NCBI GenBank assembly: GCA_949358305.1
Contig: OX442314.1
Coordinates: 20,770,001 to 20,834,000 of the forward strand
Direction of reading: 5' to 3'
DNA from: Strigamia acuminata
Taxonomy: Eukaryota
Length of the DNA stretch: 64,000 nt
The translations under genes and the position numbers were made by a program. Position 1 is the first letter of the stretch. Every line of letters starts with the position of its first letter. Shown piece after piece: positions 53,340 to 64,000 of the stretch. The notes under the pieces were generated by a model. That model saw only the letters and a list, made by a program, of their open reading frames with translations. It was not told where the DNA came from and made no database searches.

Positions 53340-53796
53340 CAGGGTGTCCCAAAAGTCTGAACCACCCTAAATATTTTGTGAGCAATTGCATCTAGGCCAA
53401 CTTTGATGAAGCGATCGTATAGGAAGTTGGGTGAGAGCAATCCAATGATGTCATCAAATTTGACCTTAAAGGCCATTTTCAAGGTTATTCACTTGCTAAC
53501 TTCTAACATTTCAAACCTTTTTTCCTCAAAACTTTTCAGTAAGGAATAATTTTTTTAAGAACAGTTCTAGACTAATTAGGCCATGCTCTACCACTTTGTA
53601 ATTGGAAATTTTGCTCTAACCTGATTGGTTTAGAAGTTAGCAAGTGAATAACCTTGAAAATGGCCTTCAAGGTCAAATTTAATGACATCATTGGATTGCT
53701 CTCACCCAACTTCCTATACGATCGCTTCATCAAAGTTGGCCTAGATGCAATTGCTCACAAAATATTTAGGGTGGTTCAGACTTTTGGGACACCCTG
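53340..53796. mobile_element. 457-bp Tc1/mariner-type MITE with ~167-bp TIRs
   Basis: TA-CAGGGTGTCCCAAAAG...CTTTTGGGACACCCTG-TA; arms 53340-53506 and 53630-53796 are nearly identical. Confidence 0.92.
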
Positions 53797-54320
53797 TATA
53801 ATAATATTAAGTGTACACAACCGGTGTATATAGATATATAATGCGAGTTGTCTTCTTACACGTATCTAGATATTTCTATATCTTTTTATTTTCACTTCCC
53901 TCTATGCTGAAGCCATTTGGTTTTTCTTCAATCACTAGTTTTTTTTTTTAGTCCAAAATGGTTTCAGCACGGAAGGTTTATCTAAACCCTCGCAAAATTC
54001 GAGCTTGTCATTTTAATGTAATTGCGATTTAATCGCGTCAAAATCTTGTTCAATCTCAATCAGCTTAAGCCTATCAGCTCAAGTAAATCGTATTGAGTTA
54101 ACAACAATACGAAATCTGGACAACAATAACACATTATTTAACTAAATAAAACACAATAATTTGCACGCGCAACAAGTTGTTCGAATTGCTCGATGTTTTG
54201 GAGTTTAACCAGGTGCTCCGTACCGATTTGATGTTAACATTACCGCAACAAATTGAATTGTCATCGTACATCGGAGGTCGTTGAAGACAAATACTCAATG
54301 CTACCCTAGTGGAGAAAATG

Positions 54321-55032
54321 GGAACAATTTTACTTTACCGGCCACCTCTCAGATCATCTCCAAAATTTGGACATAGGGGTATTCAAGGGTGAAAAAACAA
54401 ATGGCGTTGACGGTTTTTTGGGCAAACGGAAGCGGAAGCGGAAAACAGCAGATTAACGACCAGTAATTGCCATCAAATGTTTACTTTCTCATTTTTTTAA
54501 TCTTAATTTCATTGTTAGCTGTCAGTCATTCTCTCCCCAGCATTGGTAAGCACGTGCGCTCTTATTGTCAGCCATCTTTATTTTTGTACCAGTTTTCCAC
54601 CTGATTTCACACCACAAAAACGTTTCGTTTCACTCCACAATTTGTTCAGTTTTATCATCCATGCACCTAAAAGAGGTTTCCATTTCATCCCAGGTTCGTA
54701 CCCTCACCTAACCTAACCTAACCTCACTTCACCTAACCTAACCTAACCTCACCTTACCTAACCTAACCAAACCAAACCAAACCCGCGACACAACAACAAC
54801 ATAAAGGACAACAACAACAACATAAAGGACAACAACAACAATGGGCCATATAATTCCAATGCTTAACCTAACCTCACCAGTATAAACTAACTACTAATAA
54901 TCTCCTGATTTCCGCTTCCGCTTTCGTTTGCCCCAAAAACCGTCAACGCCATTCGTTTTTTCACCCTTAAATACCCCTATATCCAAATTTTGGAGATGAT
55001 CTGAGAGGTGGCCGGTAAAGTAAAATTATACC
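54321..55032. mobile_element. Non-autonomous element with ~135-bp TIRs (Mutator-like) carrying (CCTAA)n and CAA-rich repeats
   Basis: GGAACAATTTTACTTTACCGGCCACCTCTCAGATC... versus ...GATCTGAGAGGTGGCCGGTAAAGTAAAATTATACC; no TSD detected. Confidence 0.75.
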
Positions 55033-55047
55033 ATAATGATTCGTCAG

Positions 55048-55472
55048 GGTTATCACTCATCTGCTACAAATGCAGCGATCTTACGAATAAAAAAGGCTGC
55101 AAAGACGATGTAACGGAGTGTCAGACGAGCGGCGTGGACTCATTTGCTCGAAAGCAGTCGGGGAGTCTAAAGATAGACGTAAATAAAAGAATAAAAACTT
55201 AAATTTACAATTTACAATGACAATTTTAACTCGCGACTGTAAATAATTTGATTTTAGAAATCGTTACGAAAGGTTGCGTAGGTTTTTCGCTGCTAAAACC
55301 CAGAACCGAATGCAAGGAAACGACAGAAGTCGCCGGATTAAAAGGCACTCTGTGCGTGTGCACCACCGATAAATGCAATAATGCCAACACCAAAGAAACG
55401 GCTAAATCGCTCATCATTTCTCTCATATTCGTGGCTGCTTTAATTCACTACACGCAGTTTGAAGAATACTAA
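55048..55472 (+). pseudogene. Ly6/quiver-like gene fragment 2, apparent 1-bp deletion in its first visible exon
   Basis: LICYKCSD...GC...EC / KGC...EC...CVCTTDKCNN followed by a hydrophobic tail. Exon phases are compatible only if one base is restored near 55143, which also restores a Cys. Confidence 0.7.
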
Positions 55473-55774
55473 ACAATATGACATACACATTGTACAAACA
55501 CGCGCAATCAGTCGTTCGCTTCATTTAATTGTTCTTGGCAATGCTCATCACGCCTAAGCTTAAATGAATTTCCAAGCAGGAATACTGTTGTTTCTACTTG
55601 TAAAAAGTGGTAATTGTATCAATTAATTACTAATGAATATGCGTATTTGTAAAAAACTTTAATTACAATTTCTCAAGTTCAATAATATTTTCGGTTATAA
55701 TAAGGGTTTTTTTTTTTTTTTTTTTTTTTGCTTTATAATAACTAGTTGGGCATTTGTAAATAATTATTCGTCAG

Positions 55775-55900
55775 GGTTAGCACTCATCTGCTACAATTGC
55801 AGTGACTTTACAAAGAAAAAAGGCTGCAAAGACGATGTAACGCATTGTACGGCGAAAGGCGCAAACCCAGTTTGCGTGACATCAGTCATACACGCTCGTG
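55775..55900 (+). pseudogene. Ly6/quiver-like exon (fragment 3) whose gene is interrupted by the TNPO3 duplicate; a Ly6-type tail resumes at 59347-59419
   Basis: Near-identical to 48935-49060 (LICYNCSDFTKKKGCKDDVTHC). Confidence 0.75.
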
Positions 55901-55922
55901 GTAAAAAAAGTAAAGATAAAAT

Positions 55923-58422
55923 AAAAAAAAACAATGACCAACTGAATAGCATATTTAAGCCATACATAGAAAGGCTAATAACGGCTCTGTGTAGACAGTG
56001 TCAAATGGAACCTGATTTGGTATGGAAAGAAATTGGTTTCAGGTTTGTAAATTTAAATGTTTTACAAAAGAAAATGTCTTTTTAGGATGGTATTCCTGAA
56101 GAAGGGGATGATTTTGCCGACTTCCGCATAAGAGTTTCGGAATTGATAAAAGATGTTGTTTTTATTGTGGGTTCTTCCAATTGCTTTCAGCAAGTGAGTT
56201 CAACGATTTAAAAAATCAAATTTTAAGTTGTATTCTTTTCTTTTTTTCAATAACCTTAAAAACCAGGAAAATAATGCGACATGGGATATGTTGGAAGCAT
56301 CATTATATGTTGTGTCAGCCGTTGCTAAAAATATTCTTACGTAAGATTTGATTTTTATATGAAAATTCCATTTATTGGTGCGGTGTGGAATTCGAATTTT
56401 ATTTAAATTTTGTTTATTTTTTTCGTTTTTAGAGAAGAAAACAAAGTTGTTCCGCAAGTGATCGACGCCATTCTTAATTTAACCGTCAACACTCACGTTG
56501 CAGTCCATTTTACGAGCGTACAACTGATTGGGGAATTCCGGGAATGGATCGAAAAACATCCTCAAAGTCTTGAACCAGTACTTAATTTCTTGTTCAAATG
56601 TTTACATCAGCCACCGTGGCTAACGGCGACTGCGTTACAAAACATCTGTACCGCATGCACGGATCAGATGGGCCTTCATTTTAACGGCCTTCTGCATATT
56701 ATACGAAATATGCAGTTATTTAACATTTCCAACGAAGCGGCTGTCGGGTTACTCAAAGGTACCGCTCTTACATTATCTAAAATGCCGGTCGAGAAGATAT
56801 CGGAAGGGGTGATGCAACTGTGCCGAATCCAAACGGGTCAACTATTTCAAGAGATCAAAGATGATGGGTCATTAAACGACAGGAAACGAATTGATCCAGC
56901 AATTTCGCTCGATTGTCTAGCCGCCATTTTTAGACATTTTCATCTTACAGTTACAAATGGACAAACGCATCCTTGTAAAGCTGTTATACAAGAGGTGATC
57001 GAGATTTCGCGTTAGTTAATTAATTTACACATTTTTTAAAATTGTTTTTAATTTTTTGTATAGATTTGGCCAATCCTATCCGAAACCTGCATTAAATTTC
57101 AACACGATGTACGGATTATTGAAAGGTGTTGCAGATGTATTCGGTTTATGGTTCGGTGTGTGGGTCGACAATCTGCACCTTTATTAGAACCATTGGTCAA
57201 ACAAATTGTACAACTGTACCAAGTACATCAGCATTCGTGTTATTTGTATTTGGGGAGTATTTTAGTCGATGAATATGGCATGGATCAGGGTTGCCATAAA
57301 GGATTACTCGAAATGCTAGAAGTAGGTGCTTTATGACGTTTGTCTTAGCGTCCGTCGATAGTAAATATTTTTATTTTTTTTAGGCATTTTGCGGACCCAC
57401 ATTCATTCTGTTAGATGGACCTAATAATTTACAAAATCATCCCGACACAGTTGACGACTTATTCCGGTTATGTACAAGATTCCTGCAACGAATAACGGTT
57501 CTCTTTTTGCAATCATCGATGTTTAAATCGATTCTTCAATGCGGTTTAGTCGCGTGTGCACTTGATCATCGAGATGCGAATGCGTCAGTAATGAAATTCT
57601 TCAATGAGCTAATTCGATGTCACCGTATTAAAGATGTAAGAATGTTTATAGTTGTACTCGCCAATATATTGAATTACAAATATTTTCAGGAAGCTTAGGA
57701 CTTCGAAATTCGCCGCAAACTTGTCATCGCGTGCTTGGTCGAACATGGGGCGTTATTAATATCGAATTTAATTAACTCGAGTCTCTTTTGTCTACCTACC
57801 TTCATGATCCCAGATGTGGCCGACGTGATCTACGAACTAATGCTCTATGACAGACGAGCAGTATGTTTATGGTTAGAAGAAACCCTGAAAACCTTACCAA
57901 CTCAGAGCAGCGGTGGAAGCATTACAGCGACACACAAGCAATTGACAGACTTTCATAAAGCAGTCACTAGGTAAATATCCTTCGAATTATATTAGTTTTA
58001 AGAGAAAAAAAATAACTGCTTTGTTAATTATGAACGCAAATTGCGGAGATTATTTATAATTTTTGCAATTTTATTGTAAAATTGCGCTTTTTATGCCAGT
58101 TTGGCTAACGGAGTAACGGCAGCTGTTTTTGTTATTAAATAGTTGAAATAAGGGGTATTGATTACAAGACTTCTCTTTCTACTAGAATAGGACAAAGGCT
58201 CTTGCGGTGCTGTTTGGTTTTTAATAATTCGCTTTATTTTTCAGTTCGGAAAACGAAAAATCTGTGAAAAGAGCATTGCAAGATTTTACAAGATTATTTC
58301 GTTGAAAGACGTGGATTTTTTTTTTTCAAAAAGTAAAATTACTCTACCTTTATCTCGCAGCGCGGAAAGTGGCAGAGACGTCAGTTTAGCCGTGAGGACC
58401 TTATTGCGATTGTATCGCTGAG
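55923..58422 (+). pseudogene. TNPO3: Partial TNPO3 duplicate (3' half), pseudogenised
   Basis: Collinear with 33518-36036 and retains introns. It has a deleted splice acceptor near 56246, a small indel at PPWLTA and a GAG->TAG change at 57696-57698. Confidence 0.92.
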
Positions 58423-59063
58423 GAAGAGAAGATTACTACTTGACAGTGTCGTCTTGGAACATACTACGCGACAGATTGTGTAACACACACACATACGGTG
58501 AATTGTTGACGGCCTAATTTTTAAAAATACAAAATACAAAATGGTTTAAGAAAAATTTGATTTTAGTAGTGCCTTTTGCGTTTAAGATTGTGAAACAAAA
58601 CATTTGTACATTTTATTCTTTTATTTTATTTTTTTTTATTTAAATGTAAAAGGGAAAAAAATTGTTTCAATTTTCGTATAACATTTTGGTTTTCTTGTTT
58701 GGTTTTTAATTTTAAAAAAGCATTTAATTTTCAACAAAAAAAAAAAAAAGAAAAAATCAGAACCAGTTACTGTTGTTCAAGTAATGATGTGTGCTGTCTG
58801 CTGTGATATTTTTGATGGAATAAATGAAGTAACAAATGTATACAACAAATACTGTATGTTTTTATTATCTAATTAAAATAATTTCATTTGTTTGAAATGT
58901 ATCGTCAATAGTTTATGTTCTAAATTGAAAATGTTTTGAAATGTTAAAAGTTTAAAATGTAAAACTAATCTGGCACAGTAAAAAAAAAGAATCAAAGGTT
59001 AGTGAATCTGACATGAGGTCTACTGATTGAGTTTGATTTGAAAGTCGTTGGTTGTAAGAAATT

Positions 59064-59346
59064 ATAGTCCACCTACAAGTGATTTGTTTTTTATTTTTAA
59101 TTCCAAGTTTATTAGTAGCTACAACTACACAAGAAACATTTAAAGCTTCGTTTTTGTCGAATTGCTCACCGGCACCATACATACAATTAACTTCTAGTAT
59201 TCCAGAACCGTTGGACGAATTCAGTCTATCTTGTTGGATTCGACCGCAAATCATGGAAAACGCCACTGTTTTCTCTTACATGCTTCCTAAAACAGGTGAT
59301 AAACTTTCAATTGGCATTGTCGTACCTGATGTTAATCGGCAAATGG
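59064..59346 (+). pseudogene. Pentraxin copy A' (exon 1 only, ATG->ATA) fused to Ly6 3' sequence
   Basis: Duplicate of 36671-36954; the sequence switches to a Ly6 exon tail after ...CGGCAAATGG. Confidence 0.85.
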
Positions 59347-59583
59347 CAACACCGAAAAAACGGCTAAATCGCTCATTATTTCTCTCATATTCTTTGCCGC
59401 TTTAATTCGCTATATTTGACGCTAAATTATATTAGATTTATCATGTTTGTAGACTATTCGTTTAAAACATACGGTAAGTAAATTATACCGCGTTAAATAT
59501 GCAAATTGAGTCCGAGGTTAATTTCTATAATCACGTGGGTCACGTGACCTGCAAACAGGTATAAATCTGGAGATTTTCTTCAG

Positions 59584-59812
59584 TTTTGACCAGATAGCTC
59601 AGTTGCTTTGAGGTGAATACTTGTAATAATGGAAGGCCAAATAATACCGATAACAACAACCGTATATTGTGAGTTTTGTACACTTGGAAGATCGCCCAAT
59701 CAACTCCTTGCCGCTTCCGGAAGGTCTACTGAAGTGCAAGTACCGATTAACTTCGTTTTACATTGTCCAAGATGCAACTATGCGATTTCTTTCGACGTAA
59801 ATTTCAAATCCA

Positions 59813-59846
<34 letters not shown>

Positions 59847-60162
59847 TTATTTATTTATTTTTTTTTTCCTTTTATTTTTTTTTGTTCTTAGGATTTTGTG
59901 TTGGTAGTATCAGCGGGGCTACTACAACGCAGCCGCCACCACCACAAGAATAGTAACCATTAATAATTTTACAAAATTTTACACAAAATAATTTTTGTTA
60001 TTTCTTATTTTGAAAGAATGCATGGCCGTGAGAGAGAAAGAATCTGACAAATGCGAAGTGCACAGTATCACAGAAGATAAAACCATTTGTACGTGCTCGA
60101 CTAATCTCTGCAACGAAGCTAACGACAGAATTTCTTTCAACTTGATTATGTCCGTCCTGTGA
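59584..60162 (+). pseudogene. Diverged Ly6/quiver-like gene remnant 4
   Basis: The last exon 60017-60162 reads ECMAVREKESDKCEVHSITEDKTICTCSTNLCNEANDRISFNLIMSVL*. Upstream exons are degenerate and uncertain. Confidence 0.5.
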
Positions 60163-60840
60163 CGTTTATAACTACTTTAGTTCACTTAATTTAAGTTTCT
60201 TTAAATGTGTAAAAGTTAAAATAATTCATAGATTTGTTTAAAATAAATCACGTTTTGTTTCCGACATGTGGTTTGTTTCTTTAAAAACAATTCTTCCGAT
60301 TAAAACTATTCATTTGCTGCGATCCGGGTTTTACTTCACTAAAATCTACTATTTTAGCAAACATGTAGGATTTCAGTAGAATGGGGAAAACAAAGAAGGG
60401 TGAATAAAATTTGTAAATTTACACTGATTATTTTCCAATTCATGCATTTATTAAACACGATCGGAAGAAAGACCAGGCGGCACTAAATTGTAACGGTGGC
60501 GTTTACCAGCATTGGTACCGAGCATTGGTACGCTTCAGAGTTTGGTTTCGAAGGTTAAGTGCCAAGCCTTATATTTTGTAAAGATCCAGCTATATTGTTT
60601 GGTCCGTGTTGTAATACTCATTGTTTTAACAATTAACCGTAGGTATTTGACAAATAAAACAATTGAAATATGACATAAACAATTTAAATGGCGCGCTAAG
60701 CAGCAGAGGAATTATTTGGAAACATTTCAAGGACATTCCTGTTTCCGTTGAACTCGAATGAGTTATCAAGTTATAACTCATTCCGCTCAAATAGTTTCAC
60801 TTTTGTTTGACACTCTACCTGTCTACCCGTTGTGGTAACC

Positions 60841-61701
60841 ATGGCTCGTCTTCAATTTGTTTGTTTCATAGCACTAGTTTTGACTCCATCTTTGGCTAAA
60901 TACCAAGAAACATACCAGGCATCTTTTGTATCTCCTGGATTTCCATACATCAAATTAGGTCCAACCATTCCTGAACCACTGAAGGAACTTACTTTGTGTT
61001 ATTGGGTCAGGCCGCATAACCACTCATCGAACGTCTCTATGACCGTTGTATCTTACGCACACCCCAAGAGATCCGATGAGCTTGTATCTGGAATTGTAAC
61101 TGGAAGTGGAGGTAGTTTAATAATTCCAAGATTATTATTTATTTCAAGAAAAATATCACAGTTTTATATTTTATAACACTAGTCTTTTTCCATCGCCAAA
61201 AACGCGATAAGAATGTGAGTCCAGCTCATTCCATCCACAGCGTATATGTTGGTCAATGGACTCACATTTGCACCACCTGGTCGTCTCTTACTGGCACAAC
61301 TCGTATTTTCATCAATGGGCGCCAGGCTAATGCTTTTTCAGATATTGCGTCTGGCGAAGTTGTAGAAACCGGTGGCGTGTTAGTTCTCGGTCAAGATCAG
61401 GATGTTTATGGCGGAAGTTTTAAGAAAGATGGTGGTTTGCAGGGCGATTTAAGTGAACTTCATCTATGGGATACTATACTGTGTGATGAAAGTGAGCTAA
61501 CATCTTTTTCTGAGGATGTAAACCAAAGCATAATTGTTTTTTGAAATTTTTATTCTTTTAGTTGAAAAAATTTACATGTGTGAGATACCAGTCGATGGAA
61601 ATGTTATTTCTTGGTCAAAAAGTCGAAAAATATTTTATAGTGGCGTGCAGATTTCATCAGTACGACTTCCATGTGGCAAATGTCAAGGATACAAAATTTA
61701 A
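60841..61701 (+). CDS. Intact secreted short (CRP/SAP-like) pentraxin, copy D; exons 60841-61111, 61183-61491, 61562-61701
   Basis: Signal peptide MARLQFVCFIALVLTPSLA; motifs LTLCYWVRP, WTHICTTW (HxCxxW), LVLGQDQDVYGGSF, LQGDLSELHLWD, GNVISW; phase-compatible GT-AG introns. Confidence 0.9.
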
Positions 61702-63710
61702 AGAAATGTAACTTGTAAGTCTTAATAAACGCTTTTAGAAACTCAGTCGGTTAGTTTGAATCTGAATGTTGGACATAAGAAAGAAAAGACTGAAGCTGTA
61801 GAACGAGCATATTTAAATGCATAAAATATATTAAAGAATTTAGATTTAAAATATAATAAAATTTGCACTCTTTCCTACTCCATGCTTCCTTTATTTTTAC
61901 CGGGAATTAAATGCGCTGGAAGGTAGAAAAAATTGCTCACTTATTTGCGTATCTGAGAAAAGCCGAGAAGTGCATGATGCCGCCATCTGATATTAAACGG
62001 AAAGAACTAATAAATTAATTGTCATAAATTAAATTAGCGCAGAGACGCAAAATTAAATGTCTGCGACAAACAAAACAAATGAAAACATTAAAAAATTTAT
62101 AAATATAAATATATTTACTTTGAAGCACTGGTGCCATCTCGAGCGACTTCTGATGAATAGATGGCAACTCCAAAACATTTTTGTAATGCCTTTCACCCTG
62201 ACGTGCAGGTTCGCATTTATTTTTACTCTTTTTATTTTTTAAAATTATTTTTCTTCTTTTCTCAAATAAATGAGCATATGTAAAATGACCTCCCGCGTCC
62301 AATTTTGGCATCAAAAATTATCTAACTATTACAGTTTCATCAATGACAATTGCAAAAACTTTTGTTACTACTGACGTTGCCCAGGTTTTGATATTACGGT
62401 ATATCACATTCAATCAATTGTGTTTATTATAACGTTATTCGCATGCAAAACATAAAAGTCCAGGTTACCACCTCCAGTTTCTTTTATGAGTTCAAATATT
62501 ATGATGATGTGTATGTGTACATACTCTACCATTGTAAATATTTCTCTTCCGGATCATGCAGGGAAAACTACACACCAGCAAAATACGATTCAGTTGTAAA
62601 CATCTGGTTATTATTAAATCAACAACTAAACAAATATGTATCGTCGTGACGCAGTACTAGTTGTCTGCAAACTTCATCTTTTTTAAACGTTATATTTTTG
62701 TCTTTTACTGCACCGTAACCTAGTTACTGCTGATGATAAAACGAATTCAAAGTGTGCGACAAAGTAGTAATAATTTTTATTAATTTTGTAATTCATTATT
62801 ACAGCTTTATTTGCGTATGAAAGACTAAGCATAAAGCAAAGAAAGATACTCTTTCTTTCTTTTCTTTCTATAAAAATTCCAGTGCTCTTATGGAAATATG
62901 AAACTATGTTTGATTGGAATAACACATCTGCTTATTAAAATTACAATCTTTGTCTCAAATTATGTAAACATTCAAAAACTTTTTTAAAGTGTTGTTTGCA
63001 AATTTATATTTCAGATAATTTGACTTTAAATTGATGGCACTTTAAAACTTTAAAAAACTATAGTTCCAAAGTGTTTTCTTGTTGAGTCAAAAGTTTAGAA
63101 TACTAATTGCAAGTCAATGCTTAAATTAATTGATTTTTCAATTAAAAGCTCTCGCAGAAAACTAGTTTTAACACAAGTACAAGAATGCTAACAACCCACC
63201 GGGAATTTAGATGGGTGGTTTTTGTTGTTTTTATGAATTATTAAAATTTCCTTACGGTACCGGTATATTGAACAGAAAAAAAGAATGATTAACACAGCAG
63301 CAAATGCTAAAATTGAATTTTCAAACTGTCAGACTATCAGAATGAGTGAGATGTGCTAAAACGAGTTAACTGTTCCTATAAGGAATAACTGGCATTAGTA
63401 AGCCTAATTATTATAATATATACAATAGATTTCATCGTTAAAAGCTACAAGAAATATTTGTATCAATTCATAGCAAAAAAACAGGATTTTTTGTTGTTGT
63501 AAGAAATTAATATTGGGAAGTTTTTCTGGTTTTTTTTAAACTCATTCTCAGCCACTTGGTAAATTTGATGAGTGGAAAGCCAATTCTACATGAATACACA
63601 CAGGGTAAAGTTTTTTCTTCTCCTCTTTCCAAATGGCAGTTGAAGAGGTATACAGTATGAACCAATGCTTGAATTTGACAGCATTGAATCTCGTGATGTT
63701 ATGCACAGAC

Positions 63711-64000
63711 TTATACTTCATCTTCAATTGATGGTATAGGAATACTATGTTTTTGAGCTAATGCAGTCAGTATATAAATAATCTGGTCTGTTTTCTTATC
63801 AATAGTGGACATCTGGAAGGTAGAACAAGATTAAATATTTTTTCGCTTAAATAAAACTGTAGAAATAAACAAAATCTGTCAAAATGCAAATTGATTTCAC
63901 CAACTTGAAAGCTAAATTAAATTTTAAGATTTAGTCTTAACCTGCTGCTCCACTCTGAACAATCGTGCACCAACTGTTAACGGCTTTCGTTCTCCAGCGA
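63711..64000 (-). CDS. KCNQ1: 3' end (last two coding exons, 63942->64000 and 63711-63812) of a KCNQ1/Kv7.1-like potassium channel
   Basis: Spliced ...AGERKPLTVGARLFRVEQQ|MSTIDKKTDQIIYILTALAQKHSIPIPSIEDEV* resembles the KCNQ1 helix D coiled coil (TIGARLNRVEDKV). It is missing from the ORF track. Confidence 0.7.

Noticed and set aside
59079..59405. Functional GPI-anchored pentraxin-Ly6 fusion protein
   Set aside because: The ATG is mutated to ATA, only a third of the pentraxin domain is present, and the Ly6 hydrophobic tail is in a different frame.

Overview
AT-rich eukaryotic genomic DNA with many short GT-AG introns. It is most likely an arthropod, probably not a dipteran; this is inferred from a Bacchus-like gene, quiver-type Ly6 genes, TTAGG-like repeats and the retention of FBXO3, STK33 and KCNQ1-like genes. 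Positions 1-15.5 kb are largely non-coding: an inverted duplication at the left edge, probable non-coding 5' exons of a minus-strand gene, and TE remnants. Positions 15.6-36 kb are a compact housekeeping block: FBXO3, STK33, a Bacchus-like acidic protein with micro-exons, RpL36A, WASHC3/CCDC53, and TNPO3 with two paralogous terminal exons. Positions 36.6-61.8 kb are a highly unstable accessory cluster of secreted pentraxin genes (5 copies, 1 intact), Ly6/quiver three-finger gene fragments and an intronless BC-box/LRR gene. This cluster has been scrambled by local duplications, including 3.4 kb of TNPO3-pentraxin pasted into a Ly6 gene, and by an inversion, MITEs and a DINE-1/Helentron-type element. 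It also holds a full-length Ty1/copia element whose RT is split by a TA-flanked foldback element carrying two satellite arrays (20 bp and 53 bp). The right edge holds the last two coding exons of a KCNQ1-like channel. All calls come from manual reading and translation; no database searches were run.
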